Under the pieces are notes generated by a model. It ran no database searches and was not told the DNA's origin. It saw nothing but the letters and a program-made list of their open reading frames with translations. This document shows, one piece after another, positions 48,635 through 58,514 of a stretch of DNA of 64,000 nt. The first letter of the stretch is position 1, and each line of letters starts with the position of its first letter. Origin of the DNA: Chitinophagaceae bacterium (GTDB lineage Bacteria > Bacteroidota > Bacteroidia > Chitinophagales > Chitinophagaceae); contig JAXITL010000001.1 in the NCBI GenBank assembly GCA_034680125.1, positions 12,918-76,917 of the forward strand. Direction: 5' to 3'. Made by a program: the position numbers and the translations under genes.

Positions 48635-49486
48635 ATGAGTTTCAAAAATACGCATTTAGCTGTTGCCAATTTGCTGCAAAGTAAAGGAAACTTACTCGAC
48701 CTTTCGCAACCCATTGTAATGGGCATTATCAATTGCACGCCAGATAGTTTTTACCAGGAAAGCCGTAAGCAAGAAACAGATAAAATTGTGGCCCAAGCCC
48801 AAAAAATGATGGAGGAAGGTGCTGCAATTGTGGATATTGGCGGTGCCTCTACCCGACCCCAAGCCACTGAGGTTTCGGAACAGGAAGAAATCGATAGGGT
48901 CATACCAGCGATAGAAGCTATCAGCAAGCATTTCCCTGATATATGGATTTCGGTAGATAGCTACAGAAGTACTGTTGCGAAAGCGGCTATTGAAGTAGGG
49001 GCAAGAATGGTCAATGACATTAGCGCTGGTCTATTTGATGCGCAAATGTTGGAAACCATTGCCGCCCTAAAAGTGCCTTATATCGCTATGCACAACCGAG
49101 GCACAGCCCAAACGATGCACCAAAACCCGAGTTACGCCAACATAACTGAAGAAGTCATCAGTGAATTGCAAGAAGTGATTGTTCGCTGTCACAATGCAGG
49201 AATAGTGGATGTAATTCTAGACCCAGGCTTTGGCTTCGCTAAAAATATCGAACACAATTTTGAATTGCTGAATCATATGGCGCAATTGCGCCTATTGGGC
49301 AAACCTATATTAGCGGGCATTTCCCGCAAATCGATGATTTACAAAAGCCTAAACACTGATGCTTCGAATGCCCTCAACGGCACTACAGCATTGCATATGG
49401 TGGCTTTACAACAAGGGGCCAATATCTTGCGGGTGCACGATGTACGAGAAGCTGTGGAATGTATAGAGTTGTTTGGACGCTTATAA
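48635..49486 (+). CDS. folP: Dihydropteroate synthase
   Basis: MGIINCTPDSF, DIGGASTRP and DPGFGFAK motifs. Confidence 0.92.
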   Translation: MSFKNTHLAVANLLQSKGNLLDLSQPIVMGIINCTPDSFYQESRKQETDKIVAQAQKMMEEGAAIVDIGGASTRPQATEVSEQEEIDRVIPAIEAISKHFPDIWISVDSYRSTVAKAAIEVGARMVNDISAGLFDAQMLETIAALKVPYIAMHNRGTAQTMHQNPSYANITEEVISELQEVIVRCHNAGIVDVILDPGFGFAKNIEHNFELLNHMAQLRLLGKPILAGISRKSMIYKSLNTDASNALNGTTALHMVALQQGANILRVHDVREAVECIELFGRL

Positions 49487-49517
49487 TGCACAACCCCGGC
49501 AATACAACTTATTAAAA

Positions 49518-50519
49518 TCATCCATAATAACTAATCCCAATCGCTTTCCTCGCTTCGGCAATCGTTTTAGAAGCGCTTTCGCGGGCCTTTTCAGCACCTT
49601 CTTTGAGTATTTTTTGGATTTGGGACTCATCGGCTTGTAAAGCTTGCGCTCGCTCACGAATGGGCGCTATAAAGGCCACCATATCTTCGGCTAATTGCTT
49701 TTTGAGATCGCCATAACGGATCGTACAATCATTGTAATTCATGGTGAAGGTATCAATGGTTTCTTTACTCGAAACCAAATTCAATAGCTGAAATACATTT
49801 TGAATATACTCGGGCATTTCACTATTCATTTCTGTGGGGCCACTATCCGTCTTGGCTTTCATTACCTTTTTGCGAATGGTGTCATCATCATCAGCTAAAA
49901 ATAATGTAGCATTAAGATTTTCACTTTTGCTCATTTTACCATTACCATCCAGGCTAGGCACTTTCACTAAAGTATCACCAAAATTAAACGGAAAGGGCTC
50001 GGGGAATAAATCGCCATAACGGTGATTGAATCGCTGCGCAAAATTGCGGGCCATTTCAATATGCTGCTCCTGGTCTTTACCTACAGGAACATGAGCTGCT
50101 TTATGAATTAAAATATCGGCCGTCATCAATACGGGATAGGTCAACAAACCAGCATTTACATTATCTGGGTTAAGGCGCACTTTATCTTTGAAGGTGGGCA
50201 CCTTTTCCAACTCACCCTTATAGGCAAGCATATTGAGCATCAAATAAAGCTCGGGAATTTCAGGAATATCACTTTGTGCATAGAGGGCTACTTTATCAGG
50301 GTCAAGTCCGCAAGCAACATTCTCCGCCACTACGCGGTACACATTAGCGCGAAGGTCTTTGGGGTCGGGATGAGTGGTGAGGGAATGATAATCGGCCACA
50401 AAGAAATAGCAATTATAGTCGTCTTGCATTTTGACATAATTGCGCATAGCGCCAAAATAATTTCCTAAATGTAAATATCCCGTAGAGCGAATGCCGCTCA
50501 CTACAATCTCTTTGCTCAT
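49518..50519 (-). CDS. trpS: Tryptophan--tRNA ligase
   Basis: HIGH-type motif GYLHLGNY and KMSKS present. Confidence 0.95.
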   Translation of the reverse strand: MSKEIVVSGIRSTGYLHLGNYFGAMRNYVKMQDDYNCYFFVADYHSLTTHPDPKDLRANVYRVVAENVACGLDPDKVALYAQSDIPEIPELYLMLNMLAYKGELEKVPTFKDKVRLNPDNVNAGLLTYPVLMTADILIHKAAHVPVGKDQEQHIEMARNFAQRFNHRYGDLFPEPFPFNFGDTLVKVPSLDGNGKMSKSENLNATLFLADDDDTIRKKVMKAKTDSGPTEMNSEMPEYIQNVFQLLNLVSSKETIDTFTMNYNDCTIRYGDLKKQLAEDMVAFIAPIRERAQALQADESQIQKILKEGAEKARESASKTIAEARKAIGISYYG

Positions 50520-52198
50520 AAGGGCTGCAAATTACGTTTTCTCTTTTTCAATTCAACAAATTGCTCCAATTCTGTTAAAGAAAAACTACTCAAATTTCTA
50601 TCAGGCGTCAATCCTGCTTTCTGAGCAATGGTACATCCATAATACACATCGTCAAAACCAGCGAGCGAATGGGCATCAGGATTGATGGAGAGTAAAACCC
50701 CTTTCTCCAAGGCATATTCCACCCAGCGCCAATCCAAATCCAAACGGCGCGGATGTGCATTAATTTCAATTGCCACATCATAATCAGCGCAGGCATCAAT
50801 AATCATTTTATGGTCGAGCGGATAACCCTCTCTTGACAACAAGAGCCGGCCAGTTGGATGCCCAAGAATGGTCGTAAATGGATTTTGAATGGCGCTCAAT
50901 AATCGCTGCATCGCCTTATCTTGATTCATCTTGAGATTGCTGTGTACCGAGGCAATGACCAAATCGAAAGTAGATAAAACAGAGGGATCATAATCCAATG
51001 CGCCATCATTAAGGATATCGGCTTCAATGCTTTTAAAAATTTTAAAAGGTTTGTATTGTTCATTGAGCACCTCAATTTCGATATGTTGTGCGGCTACCCT
51101 ATCTGGTGTCAATCCACTAGCGTAATATGCTGCTTGCGAGTGATCACTCAATACTAAATAGGACAATCCCTTGCTGATAGCGTGTTGCACCATTGTTTCG
51201 ATGCTTTCTTGCCCATCGCTCCATTTTGAATGTGCGTGGATAATTCCTTTAATGTCTGACACCTCAATTAATTTTGGAATACTATTATCCTTTGCTTTCT
51301 GCAAGACATTGGCCTTCTCTCGCAGCGGTGCTGCTATGAATTGAAGGTGATTAGCCTCAAAAATATCTTGTTCGTTTTTAGCGTTTGTGGGTAAAGAAAA
51401 TTCTTGTTGAAAAGCACTTAAAAACTCATCAGAGCATGCCTTTGAAAATTGCGTTGAGGCGAGCTTATCAGTACTTACAAAATAAAATTTAATGGGAATA
51501 GTATCAGGCATTTTAAGCAGCAAAGATTCGGCCTCTTGCTGCATGAGGATACCCGGAACATTTGCCCATAATTTGGGTAAAGTATCGGCAGGCATGTTGC
51601 TCACTATTTCTATTTCGGCAACTGTTTCTAATTGTCGGTAAAAGGCCCCGGTGGGTAAAAATTGATAATTAGGGAAAGATTGTTTCAAGCGAGCCATCCA
51701 ATTTTGGGCAGTTTGCTCTACACTAGCCCATAGCTGAAAACCTTGACTATTGCGGATAAAGGCAATATTTTGCAAGACCGCTTCTTGTGTTTTTTGTCCA
51801 AAACCCTTGTACAAAGTAAGTCTGTTTTCATTGCAAGCATATTCCAATTCACCTACACTTTCAATGGCCATTTCCTGCCAGATGGTCCGAACTTTCTTAG
51901 GGCCAAGTCCTTTGATTTGCATAATACCCAAAACACCAGGAGGAGTACGGCTTAATATCTCCTCCAACTGGGTCAATTTTCCTGTATCTAGAATTTCACG
52001 AATTTTAGTGGCTGTAGAAGCCCCAATTCCTTTGGCAACGCGCATGCTCGCATCATCCATATCAGCAAGATTCGCTTCCAATTGGTCGATATTATAGGCA
52101 GCAATACTGTATGATTTCGATTTAAAACTGTCTTCAGCGTGCAAGTCCATCAACTTGGATAAGGCTGTAAAAAAATCTGAAATTTCTGAATTGGTCAT
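50516..52198 (-). CDS. PolX-family DNA polymerase with a C-terminal PHP phosphoesterase domain
   Basis: HhH IKGLGPKKVRTIW and PHP motif IIHAHSKWSDG. The likely start is MTNSEISDFF (ATG at 52198). Its stop overlaps the trpS start by 4 nt. Confidence 0.85.
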   Translation of the reverse strand: MTNSEISDFFTALSKLMDLHAEDSFKSKSYSIAAYNIDQLEANLADMDDASMRVAKGIGASTATKIREILDTGKLTQLEEILSRTPPGVLGIMQIKGLGPKKVRTIWQEMAIESVGELEYACNENRLTLYKGFGQKTQEAVLQNIAFIRNSQGFQLWASVEQTAQNWMARLKQSFPNYQFLPTGAFYRQLETVAEIEIVSNMPADTLPKLWANVPGILMQQEAESLLLKMPDTIPIKFYFVSTDKLASTQFSKACSDEFLSAFQQEFSLPTNAKNEQDIFEANHLQFIAAPLREKANVLQKAKDNSIPKLIEVSDIKGIIHAHSKWSDGQESIETMVQHAISKGLSYLVLSDHSQAAYYASGLTPDRVAAQHIEIEVLNEQYKPFKIFKSIEADILNDGALDYDPSVLSTFDLVIASVHSNLKMNQDKAMQRLLSAIQNPFTTILGHPTGRLLLSREGYPLDHKMIIDACADYDVAIEINAHPRRLDLDWRWVEYALEKGVLLSINPDAHSLAGFDDVYYGCTIAQKAGLTPDRNLSSFSLTELEQFVELKKRKRNLQPL

Positions 52199-52233
52199 AA
52201 TACAAAAATAAGGAAGCGGACTATCTTTACACA

Positions 52234-53013
52234 ATGGCAAAAAGCGATTTACAAATTAGTCTTGTCCAAACAGATATTGTTTGGGAAAATGCAGCAGCAA
52301 ACAGAAAATTGTTGAGTGAAAAATTCGCTAGCCTAAAAAGGAAACAGCAGATCATTATTTTGCCCGAAACCTTTACGACGGGCTTTAGTATGCAGGCAGA
52401 AAAACTAGCAGAAAAGATGAATGGGGAAACTGCACAGTGGATGAAGGAAGAATCCATCAAAAACCGTTGCATCATTGCTGGCAGCCTGATTATTGAAGAA
52501 CAGGGACAGTATTTCAACAGAATGCTCTGGGTGATGCCTAATGGCGATATGGCTCATTATGATAAGCGACATTTATTTTCCTACGCTGGGGAAGATGCAG
52601 CTTTTAGTGCAGGACAAAAGAGAATGATTGTGCAGGTAAATGGCTGGAAGATTTGTGTACAAATTTGTTACGACTTACGTTTTCCAGTATGGGCACGCAA
52701 TACAGACGACTATGATATGTTGTTATACATTGCCAATTGGCCCGAAAAGCGAAACTATGTTTGGGAAAATTTATTGATGGCAAGGGCCATCGAAAACATG
52801 AGTTTTGTGATAGGTGTCAACCGTGTAGGCATAGATGGTAATGGACATCAATATATAGGCAATAGCAGTATCTACAGCCCTTTGGGGGAATTAATTGCAA
52901 AAGAAACTGAGCAAGAAGCAGTCATCACCCATACTTTTCAATATTCAGATATTATAGAAAGCAGACAACGCTTTCCTTTTTTAAGCGACCGTGATGATTT
53001 TTTATTGAGATAA
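52234..53013 (+). CDS. Carbon-nitrogen hydrolase family amidohydrolase (omega-amidase YafV-like)
   Basis: Glu-Lys-Cys triad contexts ILPETFTTGF, YDKRHLF and VQICYDLRFP. Confidence 0.85.
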   Translation: MAKSDLQISLVQTDIVWENAAANRKLLSEKFASLKRKQQIIILPETFTTGFSMQAEKLAEKMNGETAQWMKEESIKNRCIIAGSLIIEEQGQYFNRMLWVMPNGDMAHYDKRHLFSYAGEDAAFSAGQKRMIVQVNGWKICVQICYDLRFPVWARNTDDYDMLLYIANWPEKRNYVWENLLMARAIENMSFVIGVNRVGIDGNGHQYIGNSSIYSPLGELIAKETEQEAVITHTFQYSDIIESRQRFPFLSDRDDFLLR

Positions 53014-53130
53014 AATTCCGTTGGCCTTTTTTTATATAGAGGCTCATCCATATTGTTCAAGCATTTGACCAAATTGGATTGCAGCAGCTATGAAGAAAAT
53101 AGAATAATGATAAACCAATACCCTATCCAA

Positions 53131-53721
53131 TTATACCTTTAGCCATCCCGTAATACTCATTCTTGGTTTATGGGTTAGCAATACCTCATGCAGCAATTCG
53201 CTACTCTTAAAAAACACACTGGTACCGGCCATAGGAGCAATACACTGCAAATGTTCATCTTGATGGTGAATGCACAATTCGCCACCATCCCCTGGTTGCC
53301 ACTGATTATTCAGATAAAAAATCATTGAATACTGCCTGCTATCATTATTCTTAAACTGATCCAGATGCTTACTATAAAAGCTACCAGCACCATATAATGC
53401 GTAATGAAACTCATAATCGGTAATGCCAGTATAGCAACTTGAATTTAGGTGAAGGACAAAATCATCTATTATATTGAGAAATTCTGTTTCAAAGGGGTTG
53501 TTATGGATTTTGTCCAGCCAAAAAATCTGATCGCCACGTACCTCCTTATTGATAACAATAGTACTATTACTGGTTCCAGCTGCTTTTAGATTTTGGCCAA
53601 GGGCTAATTGTGCAAGATTATTTTGCAACTGCGCTATAAGCTCTTCACTTAAGAATTGGGTACTCAGCCCAACTTTGTTTTCTATAAAAGTATTGATGAG
53701 CTGATCAAAGATGACTTGCAA
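53131..53721 (-). CDS. 2OG-Fe(II) oxygenase (prolyl-4-hydroxylase-like)
   Basis: HxD (SKHLDQ), distal His (LLHEVLL) and RMSITGW. The track start (TTG at 53787) lies inside the upstream terminator, so I propose the TTG at 53721; this start is uncertain. Confidence 0.65.
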   Translation of the reverse strand: MQVIFDQLINTFIENKVGLSTQFLSEELIAQLQNNLAQLALGQNLKAAGTSNSTIVINKEVRGDQIFWLDKIHNNPFETEFLNIIDDFVLHLNSSCYTGITDYEFHYALYGAGSFYSKHLDQFKNNDSRQYSMIFYLNNQWQPGDGGELCIHHQDEHLQCIAPMAGTSVFFKSSELLHEVLLTHKPRMSITGWLKV

Positions 53722-53784
53722 ATAGGAAGGATTAAACCTGCCAAAAAATATGTGCAAGTGAATGAAGGTAAGCTGTAAAAACAA

Positions 53785-53815
53785 CAAAGCCCCATCAAAA
53801 AATGATGGGGCTTTG
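53785..53815 (-). terminator. Rho-independent terminator downstream of the lipoprotein gene
   Basis: CAAAGCCCCATCA pairs with TGATGGGGCTTTG. Confidence 0.7.
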
Positions 53816-53841
53816 AAAACAGTAAAATATTAATGTGATGA

Positions 53842-54414
53842 TTACTTGTAAATTTTAAATTCTCCTTTCACAGTATCTTGAGCACCATCAACACTGGTTA
53901 ACATTAGGTTTAATTTACCCTCGGTTACATCATCAGCCCATTTGGTAATGTAGATGGTTGATGCTTGATTGATAGAATAAATCACTTTCTTCTCACCACT
54001 CATATCTTCAATAGTAAAAGCTTTATTTGAGTTGGTTAGTGTTTTGAAAGAATCTACTTGACTCAAATTCTTAGTAGCATAGCTTGCACCACTAACTACA
54101 ATTTTCATATTTCCATTGTAATAGGTACCACCAGATAATGAATTGAAACCAAAAGTTTTATCATACAAGTCTGAACTGAAGCTGTTTTGTACCATTTCAA
54201 ACTTCTGAAGCATAGGATAAAAATTAGTAGAAGAAAATGGAACAACAATGGTATCTCTTGCTTCTAAGGTTTTACCTTTAATAGTAACCCTAACATAACT
54301 TTTACTGCCTGCAGGTTTTGGTGCTGGAGTAGGTGTTGGTTTTGGTGGTTCTTCTTTCTTACAAGCAGTAAATATGGAAGATGATAGGATTAAACCCAAA
54401 AGTATTTTTTTCAT
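53842..54414 (-). CDS. Hypothetical lipoprotein
   Basis: MKKILLGLILSSSIFTACKKEE lipobox (ATG at 54414), a Pro/Thr linker, and a beta-rich body. Confidence 0.6.
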   Translation of the reverse strand: MKKILLGLILSSSIFTACKKEEPPKPTPTPAPKPAGSKSYVRVTIKGKTLEARDTIVVPFSSTNFYPMLQKFEMVQNSFSSDLYDKTFGFNSLSGGTYYNGNMKIVVSGASYATKNLSQVDSFKTLTNSNKAFTIEDMSGEKKVIYSINQASTIYITKWADDVTEGKLNLMLTSVDGAQDTVKGEFKIYK

Positions 54415-54504
54415 ACAAAAAATTTTTTCAAAGATAGAATTTATTCTTTTGAAACGCAATAGCCAAAGAGCTAAGAATTTAATATTCTTTACAGTACAAA
54501 AAAA

Positions 54505-54538
54505 AATAGAGACTAACAGTGTACCGTTAGCCTCTATT
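54505..54538 (-). terminator. Rho-independent terminator downstream of the M13 peptidase locus
   Basis: AATAGAGACTAAC pairs with GTTAGCCTCTATT with one mismatch. A T-run follows on the minus strand. Confidence 0.6.
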
Positions 54539-54563
54539 AGGATTTTTATTTAATAAAAGACCC

Positions 54564-56620
54564 TTACCAAACCTTTGCTCTTAAGCTATCGGGACGGTAC
54601 ATTTTATTTCCTTCTTTAACATTGAAAGCCTTGTAAAATTCGGGCATATTACTTAAAGGCCCATTACAACGCCAAAGATTCGGAGAATGTGGATCCGTTT
54701 TGATTCGGTTAAACATTTCCTCGTCGCGGGTAGCAGCGCGCCAAACTTGAGCCCAGCTTAAGAAAAAGCGTTGGTCGGGTGTAAAACCATCAATTTTTTC
54801 ATTGCTTTGTCCTTGTTTGGTTTTTTTGAAAGCCTCATAAGCAATCGCCAATCCACCAAGATCTGCAAGGTTCTCACCCAGGGTAAGCATTCCATTCACG
54901 TGAACGGTATCCAACACGGTATATTCGTTGAACTGTTTCACAACCATTCCTGTTTTTTGTGCAAATTTCTGAGCGTCTTCTGGCGTCCACCAATTTTTAA
55001 GATTTCCTTCTTCATCATATTGACTGCCTTGATCATCGAATCCGTGGGTCATTTCATGTCCAATTACACCACCAATTCCGCCATAGTTAAGGGCATCATC
55101 TGCTGCATCTGAAAAGAAAGGATACTGTAATATACCTGCTGGGAAAACAATCTCATTGAAGGCAGGATTATAATATGCATTAACGGTCGGCGGTGTCATA
55201 CCCCACTCTGTGCGGTCAACAGGCTTACCTAAGCGGCTAATATTGTGATTGTATTCAAAAGCAGAAGCTGTAATGACATTTTTCACAAAATCATTACCCA
55301 CAACATTAAGTTTTGAATAGTCTTTCCATTTGTCAGGATAACCAATTTTTTTAATAAAGGTATTGAGCTTACCCATTGCTTTTTGCTTGGTAGCATCACT
55401 CATCCAATCGAGGCGCATAATACGATCGCCATAGGTTTTTTGAAGATTATTTACCAAATCAAGCATCCTTTGTTTCGCTTCTGGCTTAAAGGTTTTATCA
55501 ACATACATTTGTCCCAATAATTCACCAACAGAACCATCAACCACATTTAAGATGCGCTTCCAACGAACTTTTTGTTCTTTTTGTCCACGAACGGTTTTGC
55601 CATAAAAATCAAATCTTGCATTATCAAAATCTTTGCTGAGGAATGAAGCCATTCCATTGATCAAATGAAATTTCAGATAAGCTTTCCAAGCATCAACAGG
55701 CGTTGCTTTTAATTGTGTACTCACCGCGGCTAAAAACTGAGGCTGCCCAACGATTAAACTATCTTGACCATTAATTTTCATTTGACCGAAAATTTTGGAC
55801 CAATTCATGTTGGGCGTTTTTGGCTTAAAGATGCTAGACTAAACTTGTTATACAATTTATAGGGGTCGCGCATTTCTACTCGGGTCATAGAGGCGCGGGC
55901 CAAAGCTGTTTCGAGATTCAAAATAGCCGCAGTATTTTGGGCAACAGCTTCAAAATCTTGACCTTGAAGTTTGAATACTTTGTTGATATACAACTTATAC
56001 TCTTCCCTTATTTTAGTGGTGCGTGCATCTAAATTAAAATAATAATCCCGATCAGGCATACCCAATCCACCTTGAAATACTTGGCAAATTTGTTTGGTTA
56101 CATTTTTATCATCAGGTGATACATAAAAAGCAAAAACACCACCAATACCTTCCGTGTGTTGTTTGATGATTTCATTGAGCACATCTTCTGATGTTTTGAG
56201 CGCATCAATGCGATCTAACCATGGTTTCAAGGGACTAATACCTGCTTTTTCAATAGCGGCAGTATCCATACCACTGCGGTAAAAATCACCTACTTTTTGG
56301 TCGGCACTACCTACTGCAGCATCCTTTTTTGCTGCTGCAGCCTCTAGTAATTCATGAAGAACTTTATAATTATTGTCTTCGAGGGTATTGAAACTTCCCC
56401 ATCTAGTCTCACTAGCAGGTATCGGATTTTTTTTGAACCATGTACCATTGGCATACATAAAAAAGTTGTCTGCCGGATTGATAGAAGTATCCATATTGGC
56501 AGGATCAAGCAACTTCACATCAGACAGAGATTTTTGGGCATTGGCATCTTTAGCACCACCACCACAAGAGGCAAAAGCGCAAAGAGCTGTTAAGGCAAGC
56601 GCTATAGGTTTTAATGTCAT
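54564..56620 (-). pseudogene. M13-family zinc metallopeptidase (PepO/neprilysin-like) split into two ORFs by a frameshift
   Basis: ORF 55805..56620 has a lipoprotein signal and the M13 N-terminal domain (NPADNFFMYANGTWF). ORF 54564..55808 has the catalytic domain (VIGHEMTHGFDDQG). The combined 685 aa is the normal M13 length. The frames join across an A5 run (T5 at 55817..55821 on the + strand). Confidence 0.85.
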
Positions 56621-57003
56621 AAAAAATGGGATTAAATAATTTTAAAAGGGATACAAATGTACTCGTAATTGTGCATAAAAACACCAGACGCAAGGGGCAG
56701 ATTATAAGCAAAGACAAAAGCTTTTAACAGAAAGGCTAGATGCTTATTAAAGCTAATTAAAATATATCGCTCTATAACGCTGCCTGCATCATAGATTTGA
56801 GCAATACATGGAATTCCATTCTATATGAGCAATCACCAGTGCTGAAACCTTTGATTGGCTGGCCAGGAGCTCTTTAAAAAATAAATCCTGTTCTTAGGCA
56901 ACAAGACCAATGAATTTTTTTAAAAAAAGGCACAACATAGCTCATCCCAATCACGCAAAAGGGCTGCCGATAAGTATCTAGGCTTTTTCCGCCTTAAATA
57001 CCC

Positions 57004-57011
57004 TACTTTTG
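57004..57011 (+). promoter_or_regulatory. Candidate -7 promoter box for der
   Basis: TACTTTTG lies 19 nt upstream of the ATG at 57031. Confidence 0.35.
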
Positions 57012-57030
57012 CAGCCTAATTTTTAAGACA

Positions 57031-58500
57031 ATGGCAGGATTTACAGTAGCGATAGTAGGGCGTCCAAACGTAGGAAAATCAACACTCTTCAATAGATTGC
57101 TGGAGCAACGCAAGGCAATCGTCGATAATATAAGTGGGGTAACCCGCGACCGTCAGTATGGTGTAGCCGACTGGAATGGTAAAACATTTAACGTTATCGA
57201 TACGGGCGGATTCGTGTCGCGCAGTGAAGATGTATTCGAAAGAGAGATCAGAAAACAGGTATTGATTGCACTAGACGAAGCAGACCTTTTGATGTTTGTG
57301 GTAGACACAGCAACGGGTATCACCAACCTTGATGATGACATGGCCGATTTGCTGCGCAGAAGCACCAAACCTGTGCTATTGGTTGTGAATAAAGTAGATA
57401 ATAACACTAGAATGTTAGAGGCTACTGAATTTTATTCTATGGGCTTCGATAAGTTATTTTTCGTGTCGGCCATATCAGGTAGCGGTACGGGTGAATTACT
57501 TGATGAAGTAACTTCTTTGATGCCCGATGATGCTGAAATGGCCACGCCAAACGTTAAACGCAGTATCAAAAAAGCAAAAAAACAACGTAGCGATAGTGAT
57601 TTAGAAAAGGAATGGGAAGAAGGTGATGCGGAAGAAGAAGACGAAGAAGAATTCTATACAGAGGATTATGAGCAGATTGATGAAGAAAATAAAGTGATTG
57701 AACTGGATGAATATGTTCCTAAAATCGCCATTATTGGACAACCGAATGCAGGAAAATCCACTTTGCTCAATGCATTAACAGGCGAAGAAAGAACCATTGT
57801 CAGCAATATACCGGGTACCACAAGAGATAGTATCCACACACACTACAAGCTTTTTGGAAAAGAATTTGTATTGATTGATACGGCAGGTTTGCGCAAGAAA
57901 AAGAATGTACACGAAGACTTAGAATTCTATTCGGTTATCCGTGCCATCCGCGCGATGGATGAAGCAGATATTTGCCTTTTGGTGATAGACGCTTTGAACG
58001 GTATTACCATGCAAGACATCAACATCTTTAGTCTTGCTGCACGAAAAGGTAAGGGAATTGTCATTTTAATCAACAAATGGGATGCCTTTGAAAAAGAAAC
58101 CAACACGGCTCGCGATTACGAACAAAAAATCAAAGAGAAAATAGCCCCCTTCAATGATGTACCGGTCATCTTCATTTCGGCAATGGACAAAACCCGAATT
58201 TTCCAAGCCATGGAAAAAACAATTGAAGTACACGAAAACCAAAAACGTAGAATTCAAACATCGAAATTGAATGAGGCCTTATTGAAAGACATTCAGCGTT
58301 TTCCACCCCCTATGTCTCGCGGACATAATGTGAGTATTAAGTTTGTACGACAATTACCTACCAAAACACCTTCATTTGCCTTTTATGCCAATTATCCTGA
58401 GGCTTTGAGCAGTGCTTATCGTAATTTCTTGGAAAATAAATTGCGCGGTCATTACAAGTTTTCAGGCGTACCGCTTAGAGTATATTTTAGAAAAAAATAG
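57031..58500 (+). CDS. der: Ribosome biogenesis GTPase Der (EngA)
   Basis: Two GTPase domains (GRPNVGKSTLFN and GQPNAGKSTLLN) joined by an acidic linker, plus a KH-like C-terminus. Confidence 0.95.
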   Translation: MAGFTVAIVGRPNVGKSTLFNRLLEQRKAIVDNISGVTRDRQYGVADWNGKTFNVIDTGGFVSRSEDVFEREIRKQVLIALDEADLLMFVVDTATGITNLDDDMADLLRRSTKPVLLVVNKVDNNTRMLEATEFYSMGFDKLFFVSAISGSGTGELLDEVTSLMPDDAEMATPNVKRSIKKAKKQRSDSDLEKEWEEGDAEEEDEEEFYTEDYEQIDEENKVIELDEYVPKIAIIGQPNAGKSTLLNALTGEERTIVSNIPGTTRDSIHTHYKLFGKEFVLIDTAGLRKKKNVHEDLEFYSVIRAIRAMDEADICLLVIDALNGITMQDINIFSLAARKGKGIVILINKWDAFEKETNTARDYEQKIKEKIAPFNDVPVIFISAMDKTRIFQAMEKTIEVHENQKRRIQTSKLNEALLKDIQRFPPPMSRGHNVSIKFVRQLPTKTPSFAFYANYPEALSSAYRNFLENKLRGHYKFSGVPLRVYFRKK

Positions 58501-58514
58501 TAAATAAACATATT

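Noticed and set aside
57520-57720. A highly acidic linker of about 50 aa (EEGDAEEEDEEEFYTEDYEQIDEE) between the two GTPase domains of Der.
   Set aside because: Acidic inter-domain linkers of similar length occur in well-studied Der/EngA proteins, including the E. coli one. This is not an anomaly.
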